From the NCBI GenBank assembly GCA_035561915.1, contig DATMXC010000066.1, positions 1 through 29,974 of the forward strand: a stretch of DNA of 29,974 bases. Direction: 5' to 3'. This DNA comes from Gammaproteobacteria bacterium. GTDB taxonomy: Bacteria > Pseudomonadota > Gammaproteobacteria > SURF-13. Both the position numbers and the translations under genes were made by a program. Shown piece by piece: positions 1 to 8,184 of this stretch. Below the pieces are notes generated by a model. It searched no databases. It was given only the letters and a program-made list of their open reading frames with translations, and was not told where the DNA came from. Within the stretch, counting starts at the first letter, position 1, and each line of letters opens with the position of its first letter.

Positions 1-47
1 GTGCACAGGGCTACCGTAATCAGCATAGGGGCCTCGCTTGCGGTCAT
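1..47 (-). CDS. Glycosyltransferase family 2, N-terminal 15 codons only (runs off the left window edge)
   Basis: Not in the ORF track. Reverse complement of 47..1 reads ATG ACC GCA AGC GAG GCC CCT ATG CTG ATT ACG GTA GCC CTG TGC AC = MTASEAPMLITVALC(T), resembling the GT2 first strand (xSVxxCTxN). Starts 8 nt after the stop of the deacetylase gene. Confidence 0.55.
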   Translation of the reverse strand, partial: MTASEAPMLITVALC

Positions 48-55
48 GAGCGTGC

Positions 56-850
56 TCAACTTCCCAATCGAAGCCGCTGCGCCACACGACCACCGTAATA
101 GCGCACGGTCTGCCGCAAACTGCCGTCGTTCGCGCCGAAGAAGATTTTGCGCGCCAGCATGGTCGGCGTGTCGGTGCCGAACACATCCAGGCGGCGAATG
201 CGGAATGGGTCCACGCCCCGGCGGTTGAAGCCTGGTTGAACGGAGAAGGCAGCCCGGTAGCCGGCCGCCCGCGCTGCGTCTGCCACTCGCTCGTCGTAGC
301 GCCCAAAAGGATAGGCTAGATAGAGAGTGGGTTCACCCAGCACACTCTCCAACTCGGCTCGTGAGCCGGCCAATTGATCCGCCAACGCATCGTCGTCGAG
401 AGTGGTGAGGTCGGGATGGCTGCGGGTGTGAGACTGGAAAGCGAAGCCCATGTGCCGCATGGCATCAATGTCTTCGCGGCCGAGCAGGGGATAGGTTGCG
501 CCGCTTGGGTTCTGGCTGCGGCACCATTCGTCCTGCTTGCCGATCAGACTGCTGACCAGGAATACGGTGGCCGGCCAGTTCATTTTGATGAGAATGGGGG
601 CAGCGTGCTCCAACACCCCTAGGAAACCGTCGTCGAAGGTAAGCAGAAAGCTGCCCTCGGGCAAGTTCTGCTTGCCTTCCAACCAGGCGAAAAAGTCCGC
701 GAGGGAACAGGCGCGCATGCCCTTCTCCGCAAGGCGGTACATGTGAGCGGCAAAACGCTCCGGTGACACGCAGTAACGCCGCTCCCCATCGTTATGCGCA
801 GGCCCTACGCGGTGATACATAAGTACCGGCACCCGCTGTGTTGTGTTCAT
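56..850 (-). CDS. Polysaccharide deacetylase (CE4/NodB fold), 264 aa
   Basis: Motifs LMYHRV, LLTFDDG, QSHTRSH and LAYPFG. Start moved from 1246 to the ATG at 850 (MNTTQ), which overlaps the upstream GT2 stop (ATGA). Confidence 0.9.
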   Translation of the reverse strand: MNTTQRVPVLMYHRVGPAHNDGERRYCVSPERFAAHMYRLAEKGMRACSLADFFAWLEGKQNLPEGSFLLTFDDGFLGVLEHAAPILIKMNWPATVFLVSSLIGKQDEWCRSQNPSGATYPLLGREDIDAMRHMGFAFQSHTRSHPDLTTLDDDALADQLAGSRAELESVLGEPTLYLAYPFGRYDERVADAARAAGYRAAFSVQPGFNRRGVDPFRIRRLDVFGTDTPTMLARKIFFGANDGSLRQTVRYYGGRVAQRLRLGS

Positions 851-1821
851 TCTTTTCCTCCCGAACGGTCGGCGAAGCCGACCAGTCCCCGAAACAGCCC
901 TGCCGGCAGCGTCGCGGGGAGCAGGTATTTTAGGTCCGCCGGCCGCCAAGCACGGCATGCGATGGCCTCTCGAAAGAGCTTCTGGGCATTGCCGAGGTCG
1001 CGCCTCCAGTATGCCCGGTAGGCCTCGCCCATAATCTGACCGTCCACCAGCTCGTACAGGGCATTCTTGGAAAGATGGGCCACCAGATCGCGGTGGTGAC
1101 TGACGAAATCCCGCCGCACCTGCACGGCATCCAGCACCTGCCGCCACTTGCTGGCGGAAACTTGACCGCTGCCGTGCCAGCGGTAGAAAGCCAGCACCTC
1201 GGAAACCCGGACAATCTTGCGGGTGTGTGCAAGGATGCGCAACCACAGATCGTAGTCCATGGAAGAATAGCGTCGCTCGGAGAAGCCATTAACGGCATCG
1301 ATAACAGAGCGCCGGGTGAGCGCGGCATGGATGGGCCAGGGACAGCCCCGCAGAAAGGCCGCCACCGTATCCTCCTGCTCATAGGCGGGCGGCACGTAGG
1401 GCTCGGAATTGAGGGCGTGCACCCCGACATTCTGCCAGCCGCAGTAAGCGACATCGGCCTGAGTTTCCCGCATGGCGCCCAGCAGCTTCTCCAGGCAGTC
1501 CTCCCGCCACCAGTCGTCGGCGTCGAGGAATGCGATGAATTCGCCGCGCGCGTGTTTCAAGGCCAGGTTGCGGGCCGGGTAAGGCCCCACCCGACGGGTA
1601 TGGAGCAGATGGATACGGCCGGGGTGCTGCTCGGCCAAACCTGCCAGGATGTCCGGCGAACCGTCCGAGGAACCGTCATCGACAATGATGAGCTCGATAT
1701 TGCCGTGGCTCTGCCCGAATGCCGATCTTACCGCTTCTTCCACATAGGGGGCGGCGTTGAAGCACGGCATGATCACCGATATAAGTTCGGGAGCGGAATG
1801 CTCGGCAGTCAAGGCGATCAT
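847..1821 (-). CDS. Glycosyltransferase family 2, 324 aa
   Basis: ISVIMPCFN, IIVDDGSSDGS, ARNLALKHARGEFIAFLDADD (DxD) and MDYDLWLR. Confidence 0.92.
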   Translation of the reverse strand: MIALTAEHSAPELISVIMPCFNAAPYVEEAVRSAFGQSHGNIELIIVDDGSSDGSPDILAGLAEQHPGRIHLLHTRRVGPYPARNLALKHARGEFIAFLDADDWWREDCLEKLLGAMRETQADVAYCGWQNVGVHALNSEPYVPPAYEQEDTVAAFLRGCPWPIHAALTRRSVIDAVNGFSERRYSSMDYDLWLRILAHTRKIVRVSEVLAFYRWHGSGQVSASKWRQVLDAVQVRRDFVSHHRDLVAHLSKNALYELVDGQIMGEAYRAYWRRDLGNAQKLFREAIACRAWRPADLKYLLPATLPAGLFRGLVGFADRSGGKE

Positions 1822-1825
1822 GTTC

Positions 1826-1852
1826 TTATATGGTCTGGTGTGAAATGGCCAT
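1826..1852 (-). other. 8-codon mini-ORF MAISHQTI*, homologous to the first 8 codons of the 2053-4155 gene
   Basis: 1857..1829 versus 4160..4132 on the minus strand are 24/29 nt identical. The peptides are MAISHQTI and MATTHQTI. Confidence 0.35.
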
Positions 1853-1865
1853 GGTTACTATTGCA

Positions 1866-2056
1866 TTAGGTTCTACCCATAATTTCGTCCCTGAAGCGGT
1901 GGATCCACTCACCTTCTCATTCCTGCTGAATTCATGGTCGCCTAGCGGGGTGACAACATCACCACCACTGCAATATTCGGATAGGGCCGCCTCAATACTG
2001 GTGCCTGCCGTTTTTAATGACTTGATAAAGAATTTGCGACCGGATGAGAACATCAT
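1866..2056 (-). pseudogene. Degraded sulfotransferase family 2 gene, paralogue of 12376-13065
   Basis: MMFSSGRKFFIKSLKTAGTSIEAALSEYCSGGDVVTPLGDHEFSRNEK aligns to MIISHTHKFIFIKSWKTAGTSIEAALSAHCSGDDIVTPLGDYGFNRDEK, with one codon missing. A 1-nt deletion near 1912 shifts frame; the shifted frame continues EWIHRFRDEIMGRT* (stop 1866-1868) against GEWVHK in the intact copy. The ATG overlaps the upstream stop (ATGA). Confidence 0.8.
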
Positions 2057-4155
2057 TGCATCTTCTGGCTGGGGTCATGAACCCCATGAAACAAAGTGCG
2101 GCTATTATTTGATGCACGCTCCAACCTGAGCATCGCATCACCGCTCACGTCGGATAGCTCCTGCACAGGACCGTCAGGCCACCGTATGGTCACGGACTTA
2201 GCCTTAGAATGCGGCCCCAGGCCAAAATAAAGTCGATAGTGCCCTTGAGATAAATAAGCCCCCTCGCTGGCGCCAACTTCCTGTGTCTGTCGACCTTCAG
2301 GGGTGACCACCGTAACCTGCGCACCGATCGCCTGTCGGTTGCCTGCCGCCCCGACCAAATTCAATTCAAGCCAGTGATTTTTCGCACCGACATTGCGGTA
2401 GGCAAGGAGCTTCCACTTGGGCCTGTCGTCCTTCCCCTTAACGTCTTTCGATTTGAACGGCTTCTCCCACCATCGCCATAGGGAAGGGTTATCCTCCAGC
2501 GCTATCAGCGCATGGAGGGAGCCATCATTGTACCGATCGAACCAGTTGATTATTGCAGCCTGGTACTTATTCTGTGGAAGTGACAAGAATCCCGTGGCTT
2601 CGAATTTGTGGCCCTTGTTCTGATGGAACAAGCCTTCAGGCACAGTGTGCAGGTCTGGATGGCCGTCGTTATCGTAATCGACCCATGCGGCCGCTACGCT
2701 CGCCGCGGGAAAGCCCAGTGACGACGGATCAACCGCTCTGAACCTGCCACCATCGTTGATCAGTACAGCGTTCCCCTTCTTCGAGGCGACAAACACGTCC
2801 AAATCGCCATCTCTATCAAAGTCGGCAAGAGACATCTTACCATCGAATTGCCAGTAGTCATACGTGTTGCCCTTTAAGCCGGGTTCGTCGGCTCTTTCGA
2901 ATTTCCCTCTATAAATGAATTCGCGCGAAAATTCCCCCGCCTGATTGCGATAGAGGAAATATCCTTCGTCCTCATGGGTCAGTAGATCCATGTCTCCATC
3001 CCCGTCTGCATCGAGCCAGGCGAAATCGATGAGCTGATGCTGAGGGATGTCGAGTCCGACTTTGGCCGCGACATCATCGAAGTGTCCATTGCCGTCCTGA
3101 CGGTATAGCTGTTTTGGGTAGTTGCCCGAGACATTCCCCCGGTCTTGGCAATTGATGTAAAGATCCAGCCGACCGTCTTGGTTAAAATCCACCCATTTGA
3201 CATGCCGGCCCGAGCAATCCTTCTTCTCAATGCCTACTTCGCTCGAGACTTCTCGAAACCGGTGTTTCCCCGTAGTTATCAGCAACTCGTCCTTGATTGT
3301 GCGCCTTACGCTTTCCGGAAACTCCCTGAGCGTACCGCCAAAAGCACCTCTGGAGATGAAGACATCCAACTGGCCGTCGTTGTTGTAATCAGTCCAAGCC
3401 ACGCCATGGCGATCCTGCAAGGAGAGAGAAAAAGCCTGAGTGTGGGGGGATACCTTTCGCGGACCCAGGTACACATAGGCCGACGGCAAAGCATCATCAA
3501 TATTGAAGGTAAGGGGGCCTCCTCTCGATGGGACATAGAGCGCAAGGTGTGCATCACTCAAGGCTGCAAAATCGGTGATGGTTTCGCTGACCGTACCGGA
3601 CTGGGGAGGCAGTATTTGGGTTTTGACTTGGAATCCGTTATTTCTCACGACCTCCACTCTGCTGAGAATCTTGAGATCCCCTTTTAAGGCTCCCACTTTG
3701 TTCAAGTTATGGGTACGCAGATTAAGGGTGTCACCTACCCAGTAGATGTAAAGCCCCGCCTTGTCCATATCGGGGGCTTGCATGGACTGCGCCCAGCCAG
3801 GGAAATCGCGGCTCTGATCCAGTCCCCACTCCGAAAGCACATCCCGATAGCCCCCGCGTCCATCTGCGAGCCAAAGGAACTGTTGGTAGTTATGGTTGGA
3901 TGTGTAGATGTCCAGTAGGTCATCTCCATTCGCATCCACGATGCCCAGATCGAAAATCTGATCAACCTCTTGCGAGGGCGGAGGATCTTTGACAAACCAG
4001 TTGCTCTCCGAAGCAATGAATCGAGTGACGGATGGTTTGATGTCGTCCCTGGCCGAATATGCCATGGCCAGAACAGACAACAACAGGGCGAGCAAAGTCA
4101 TCTTTTTGATGAACATGATAGATATCTTCCAGATCGTCTGGTGTGTAGTGGCCAT
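2053..4155 (-). CDS. Secreted FG-GAP/VCBS-repeat protein with C-terminal ASPIC/UnbV domain (CRTAC1-like), up to 700 aa
   Basis: Hydrophobic signal-like segment LLALLLSVLAMA. Repeats DANGDDLLDIY, DYNNDGQLDVF, DFNQDGRLDLY, DADGDGDMDLL, DFDRDGDLDVF and DYDNDGHPDL. The C-terminus NHWLELNLVG..NRQAIGAQV..LSQG..LYFGLG..RWPDG is ASPIC/UnbV-like. The start could also be the ATG at 4116. Confidence 0.9.
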   Translation of the reverse strand: MATTHQTIWKISIMFIKKMTLLALLLSVLAMAYSARDDIKPSVTRFIASESNWFVKDPPPSQEVDQIFDLGIVDANGDDLLDIYTSNHNYQQFLWLADGRGGYRDVLSEWGLDQSRDFPGWAQSMQAPDMDKAGLYIYWVGDTLNLRTHNLNKVGALKGDLKILSRVEVVRNNGFQVKTQILPPQSGTVSETITDFAALSDAHLALYVPSRGGPLTFNIDDALPSAYVYLGPRKVSPHTQAFSLSLQDRHGVAWTDYNNDGQLDVFISRGAFGGTLREFPESVRRTIKDELLITTGKHRFREVSSEVGIEKKDCSGRHVKWVDFNQDGRLDLYINCQDRGNVSGNYPKQLYRQDGNGHFDDVAAKVGLDIPQHQLIDFAWLDADGDGDMDLLTHEDEGYFLYRNQAGEFSREFIYRGKFERADEPGLKGNTYDYWQFDGKMSLADFDRDGDLDVFVASKKGNAVLINDGGRFRAVDPSSLGFPAASVAAAWVDYDNDGHPDLHTVPEGLFHQNKGHKFEATGFLSLPQNKYQAAIINWFDRYNDGSLHALIALEDNPSLWRWWEKPFKSKDVKGKDDRPKWKLLAYRNVGAKNHWLELNLVGAAGNRQAIGAQVTVVTPEGRQTQEVGASEGAYLSQGHYRLYFGLGPHSKAKSVTIRWPDGPVQELSDVSGDAMLRLERASNNSRTLFHGVHDPSQKMQ

Positions 4156-4170
4156 TGTTATTGTTGCAGC

Positions 4171-5250
4171 CTACGCTGCGCCCACAATTTCGTCGCGGAT
4201 GGCCTCCAGATAGCCGCGTCCGAAGCGCAGGTCGGGCTCGACATAGTTACCTTCCGCCCATTCGTTCCAGGCCTTGAGGAACAGAATCTTGTGCTCCGGT
4301 TGATGGTCGGCCACCTTGTCTAAGGCGTCGCGCAGGTGACGGCGGAACAGTTCGGGCGTGGATTCATGGAAAACCAGCCCGCTCATCCCGGTGCGAGGGG
4401 TATTGTCCCAGTTGGGCAGCACGCAGGGATAGTCCATGAAATCGGTTTTCTCGGCGCGCAGCAGGAACGGGATCATTTCCTCGTAGGTGTAGATGGAAAG
4501 CTGGTAACGGCCCCGCCCCAGCATGACTTTGAGCTTGGCGTCCCAGAACCGCCTGGGTATGCGCCCGTTGCGGGGTGGCAGCTTCTGCATCATGCAAGCG
4601 TCGAAACCCCGTGTGCGCGGATCCCAGCTTGGATTGAAGTGGGACACGCCGACGAGATAGAGTCCGTTCAGTCCCGCCTGATGCGCCCGCTCACGCCAAT
4701 AGTCCGTCACTCGCTGTACGTCCGGGATGTCATCGGGTTTGTACACGAGAAAGAGCGGCTTGCCATCCACGGTGATGTAACGCGGATCGCTGAAGGCCTT
4801 GAGCAGAAAATCGAAATGGGCCGCGTGATCAGCCATGCCCGAGTACACCTGCTCGATCAATACCCTGTCCGGCGTGCCCTGCCAGATGCTGTTCCAACTA
4901 TGGTTGGCCCAGCACAGGCAGAATGGGAAATCGGGCTCGCCCGAGGCCAGCACCTCATTGAATGGACGCTCCAGGATGCGCCGTCCGCCGAACCAGTAGT
5001 GGTAATAGCAGAAGCCCTCCACGCCGTATTCCCGCGCCAGCTCTGCCTGGGCCGCGCGCGCCTCGGGCAGCCGCAGATCGTAGAACCCCAGGTCTGCGGG
5101 AATGCGTGGCTGATCGTGGCCGCGGTAGAGCGGCTTGGCCTTGGCCACGTTGGTCCACTCGGTGAAGCCCTTGCCCCACCAAGCGTCGTTTTCCGGCGTG
5201 GGGTGAAATTGAGGCAAGTAGTAGGCGATGACGCGCGCTTGCTTATTCAT
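4171..5250 (-). CDS. WbsX-family / glycoside hydrolase family 99-like domain protein, 359 aa
   Basis: YYLPQFH..ENDAWWGKGFTEW, DLGFYDLR, GFCYYHYWF, FCLCWANHSW, PNWDNTPR and AWNEWAEG. Confidence 0.9.
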   Translation of the reverse strand: MNKQARVIAYYLPQFHPTPENDAWWGKGFTEWTNVAKAKPLYRGHDQPRIPADLGFYDLRLPEARAAQAELAREYGVEGFCYYHYWFGGRRILERPFNEVLASGEPDFPFCLCWANHSWNSIWQGTPDRVLIEQVYSGMADHAAHFDFLLKAFSDPRYITVDGKPLFLVYKPDDIPDVQRVTDYWRERAHQAGLNGLYLVGVSHFNPSWDPRTRGFDACMMQKLPPRNGRIPRRFWDAKLKVMLGRGRYQLSIYTYEEMIPFLLRAEKTDFMDYPCVLPNWDNTPRTGMSGLVFHESTPELFRRHLRDALDKVADHQPEHKILFLKAWNEWAEGNYVEPDLRFGRGYLEAIRDEIVGAA

Positions 5251-5347
5251 TTTGTGTGCAGAACCTGACAGGTCATTCTCGTTAATCTTGCAAGCATTGT
5301 GCCTACGCCCAGAGTCGCCTTAATGACATCGGGAGGCGCGGCTCAAG

Positions 5348-6466
5348 CTACGATTCCCGCGGAAACAGGCATTCCGATACCCGGCCGACCCAGCCCTTAT
5401 CGCCCGACGGGATCGTGCCGCGCATGAGTATCGAACGCTTGTTGAGCTTTGCCCAATTGCGAGCCACATTGCCCTCCGTATAAATAAGAACAATGATTCT
5501 CCTGTCCGGGTGCAACTCGAGTCCACGCGTGAATGCGCTGGCTCTTAAATGGGTTTCATAATGGCCGAGCGCATTCGCCTGCATCCTGGCGATCTGATCC
5601 GCGCCCATCTCCAGAACGGAGCGGATCTTATTGATCAGATCGTCCTTATCGTCGAAAGCTATGCAGTTTTCCATGTGGGTGAGTTTCGGATCGAACCATT
5701 CCGGGTAGTTGGTGATCGGGACGGTTCCCACGGCCATGGCCTCAACGATGTTATGGCACATCGGCATCACGATCCCGGGCGGACCCAGGAAAAAATCGGC
5801 CTTTGCCAGGTTGCGCAACCATTCGCGATCGTCGATCCACATCCTGCTGGTGTCCACAATCACGCACTTGTTGGTATAGGCGGAGTCATGCAGTTCACTG
5901 AGCGTGGACAGGTCTTTTACCAGGATCGCATCGTCGCCCATGCGCTCCAGAACGGTATTGATGACCTCCAGGCGCGGGAGCTTTGCTTTCGGGTAGCGGA
6001 TGCGATTTCGCCCATAGTTCTTAGTGTCGCCCGAAAAGAAAACCCGAACCTTTTTTTCGCTGCCCCTGCATTGCTGCAGGCGCTGCTCAAGATCGGGCCC
6101 ACTGTGTACCGGATGCACCGGGAACGGCATGATGACCGGGTTCTTGAAGCAGTAAGACGAAAACAAGTCATCCCGCACCTCGATCTTCTTGCGCCATTCG
6201 TATTTACCAAGCGCCTTGTCTTCCTTGTCGTAGAGATAGATCCAGTCTTCCGGATTAGTGGGAGGGCTATCTATCAGTGTCAGGCCTTCCAGCGAGAAAA
6301 CCAACTTCCCGTATTTTTCCAGACTGTCCGGCGCCAGGTTGTTGAACAGGCTTATGCGATAGCCCGTGGAGGAAAAGGCATTCAGCAAGGAATACAACAG
6401 ACGTCCCTGTTCCAGCAGGATTTCCTTTCCCGAGAACTTGGCGAATAAAAATTTCGGATTCGTCAT
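5348..6466 (-). CDS. Hypothetical glycosyltransferase, exostosin/GT47-like GT-B C-terminus, 372 aa
   Basis: Long ORF in operon orientation. VFFSG...RLEVI...ADFFLGPPG..PMCHNIVEAMAVGTVPI resembles the exostosin F.L.P.G.....R..EA...G.IP pattern. The CDS is secure; the function is tentative. Confidence 0.6.
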   Translation of the reverse strand: MTNPKFLFAKFSGKEILLEQGRLLYSLLNAFSSTGYRISLFNNLAPDSLEKYGKLVFSLEGLTLIDSPPTNPEDWIYLYDKEDKALGKYEWRKKIEVRDDLFSSYCFKNPVIMPFPVHPVHSGPDLEQRLQQCRGSEKKVRVFFSGDTKNYGRNRIRYPKAKLPRLEVINTVLERMGDDAILVKDLSTLSELHDSAYTNKCVIVDTSRMWIDDREWLRNLAKADFFLGPPGIVMPMCHNIVEAMAVGTVPITNYPEWFDPKLTHMENCIAFDDKDDLINKIRSVLEMGADQIARMQANALGHYETHLRASAFTRGLELHPDRRIIVLIYTEGNVARNWAKLNKRSILMRGTIPSGDKGWVGRVSECLFPRES

Positions 6467-6566
6467 CTTGGGTTCTTGATGGTTAGTAACAATGGCACGG
6501 CCGACCGGTCAGGCCCGTACTCATTCGCGACGCAGGGTCATCGGCACCGGGAGGTGCGCTCGACGC

Positions 6567-7862
6567 TCACTCCACAATGAAGCACTCACTGACCAAGTCC
6601 TCTTCGTTGTAAGTCAGCCCCTGCTTGGACTTGCAGTCATATACCCGCTTCCCGACAGTGGTGGCGATGAGCTGAGCCGCCGCAGTTTCCCATTCCGGGC
6701 TGGGATCATCACAAGCATAAGCGTCGGCTTGGCCTTCCGCCACTAGACACATTGCCAGCGCGCGGCTGGCCGGCGTCGGCCCCTGTTTTTTTTGCGCCGA
6801 GATGGCGGTTGTTTTCGGCCCGAGGTTTTCGCGCACATCCAGTCGTCGTGGCTCCGCGGCGCCTTCCATCTTGAAGGCGCCTTTGCCTATTCTCGCGTAG
6901 TAGACAGTGTCCATGACGGGCGCATAGACCACCCCATAGATTGGGGCGCCGTCCTGAACGAGAGCGATATTGATGGTAAATGCCCCATCCGCTCCGAGAA
7001 ATGCCCCTGCCCCGTCGAGCGGGTCAACCAGCCATAGGTGATTCCACTTCGCTCGCTCGGAATAAGGAACAGCACTGCTCTCGCGAGAGAGTACGGGTAT
7101 TTGGGCATTCAATTTTTTCAGGCCGTCCACGAGCACTTTGTGGGCAGCCCGGGTGGCTCTTTGCAACGCGCCTGCGTCCCCACCGCGCAGCGCATACAGC
7201 GCCTTCCCCACCACACCCGTCGCCTGCCCCTGTTGGTAGGCCCGCAAGGTCGCCTGTCCCGCCCGCTTGGCCACCGCAACAATGTCATCGATATTCATCC
7301 AAGTGATCTGGGTGACGTTGGCTTTCGGGAAAGGAATCTCGGGCACGGGCTGGCCGAGGAAGGGGCACAGCTTTTCCCAGCCTTCGCCGCCGATCACGTT
7401 GATCACGAGCAAGTCCTGCGGCCGGCCCTTGAAATACTCCAAGGCGCCGCTGACGAACTTTTCATAGCCGCTCAGGAATTTCTGCTCGTCATACACGGTG
7501 CATCCGTACAAGTCTATGAAGAGCTGGTTATGGGCCTCGGTCTGTTTTTCCGCGAGGCGCTCCGTGAACTGCTTCTTGCAGGACTTCAGCCAACCATCCC
7601 TATCTCTGATCGTCAGGATGAACTTTGAGTTTGGATACCGTGCATCGAGCTCGCGATAGAAACTGGGGATGGGCGTGTCGGTGAGCGCATCGTACGCGTC
7701 TACCACCTCCAGATCGACAGAGGACAGGTCTCCGGCGCGGTAGTTTTCGATCCCCGGATAGTCCTTGGTCTTGTAGCCCAAAATTCCGAGGGCTTGAGCC
7801 AGGCTGGTCGTGCCGGTCTTGGAAAGGCCGATGCCGAAGATTTTGTGGTTAGCGGTTCCCAT
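6567..7862 (-). CDS. Fusion: sulfotransferase (Sulfotransfer_4-like, about aa 1-188) + CysQ/inositol monophosphatase-like domain with degenerate active site, 431 aa
   Basis: N-domain: GIGLSKTGTTSL (5'-PSB loop) and IRDRDGWLKS (3'-PB). C-domain from 7298: AGQA..AY, WLVDPLDG, FTINIALVQDGAPIYGVVYAP, CLVAEGQAD and WETAAA. Confidence 0.85.
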   Translation of the reverse strand: MGTANHKIFGIGLSKTGTTSLAQALGILGYKTKDYPGIENYRAGDLSSVDLEVVDAYDALTDTPIPSFYRELDARYPNSKFILTIRDRDGWLKSCKKQFTERLAEKQTEAHNQLFIDLYGCTVYDEQKFLSGYEKFVSGALEYFKGRPQDLLVINVIGGEGWEKLCPFLGQPVPEIPFPKANVTQITWMNIDDIVAVAKRAGQATLRAYQQGQATGVVGKALYALRGGDAGALQRATRAAHKVLVDGLKKLNAQIPVLSRESSAVPYSERAKWNHLWLVDPLDGAGAFLGADGAFTINIALVQDGAPIYGVVYAPVMDTVYYARIGKGAFKMEGAAEPRRLDVRENLGPKTTAISAQKKQGPTPASRALAMCLVAEGQADAYACDDPSPEWETAAAQLIATTVGKRVYDCKSKQGLTYNEEDLVSECFIVE

Positions 7863-8002
7863 CGGACCTGTTCCAGGTATGTGTGAGACAGTTGCAATTG
7901 TAATGTCTCTGATTCTCTGTCGGGTTGCCCCTGACCTTGACTACGAAACGTTTATTTACTGAGCTTTCAGTATTTGGATGACAGTTTGTCGTCAAAATCG
8001 AA

Positions 8003-8090
8003 ATCCCCTGTCCCCCTTCGCTGAAGGGGGAACCAGCTATCCGGCGCTGGTTAGAAGCCCCCCCCTTTGCAAAAGGGGGAACGGGGGGAT
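8003..8090. repeat. 88-bp multi-hairpin (cloverleaf) palindromic element
   Basis: Outer stem ATCCCC 8003-8008 / GGGGAT 8085-8090 encloses three hairpins: CCCCCTTC-gct-GAAGGGGG (8012-8030), AACCAGC-8nt-GCTGGTT (8031-8052) and CCCCCTTT-gca-AAAGGGGG (8061-8079). Confidence 0.7.
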
Positions 8091-8184
8091 CTGCCATGGC
8101 ATCAACCATTTGCTGAATTCCCAATAGGAAGTTAGGTGTCACGGCCATTTGCCCCTACCGCGAACCCGATGTTGTCAACGGATG

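Noticed and set aside
1826-2056. 76-aa ORF as a functional small protein
   Set aside because: The first 48 residues are a sulfotransferase fragment and the rest arises from a frameshift; treated as a pseudogene.
1826-4170. Integron attC sites as the explanation for the repeated spacer
   Set aside because: No RYYYAAC...GTTRRRY pair with an internal imperfect palindrome, and no integrase.
6493-6508. TGGCACG sigma54-like half site on the plus strand
   Set aside because: The -12 element is absent (ACCG instead of TTGC), and it points against the operon.
7871-7901. Possible third degenerate copy of the 29-bp spacer motif (ACAATTGCAACTGTCTCACACATACCTGGAA)
   Set aside because: Needs several gaps to align; the similarity is too weak to distinguish from chance.
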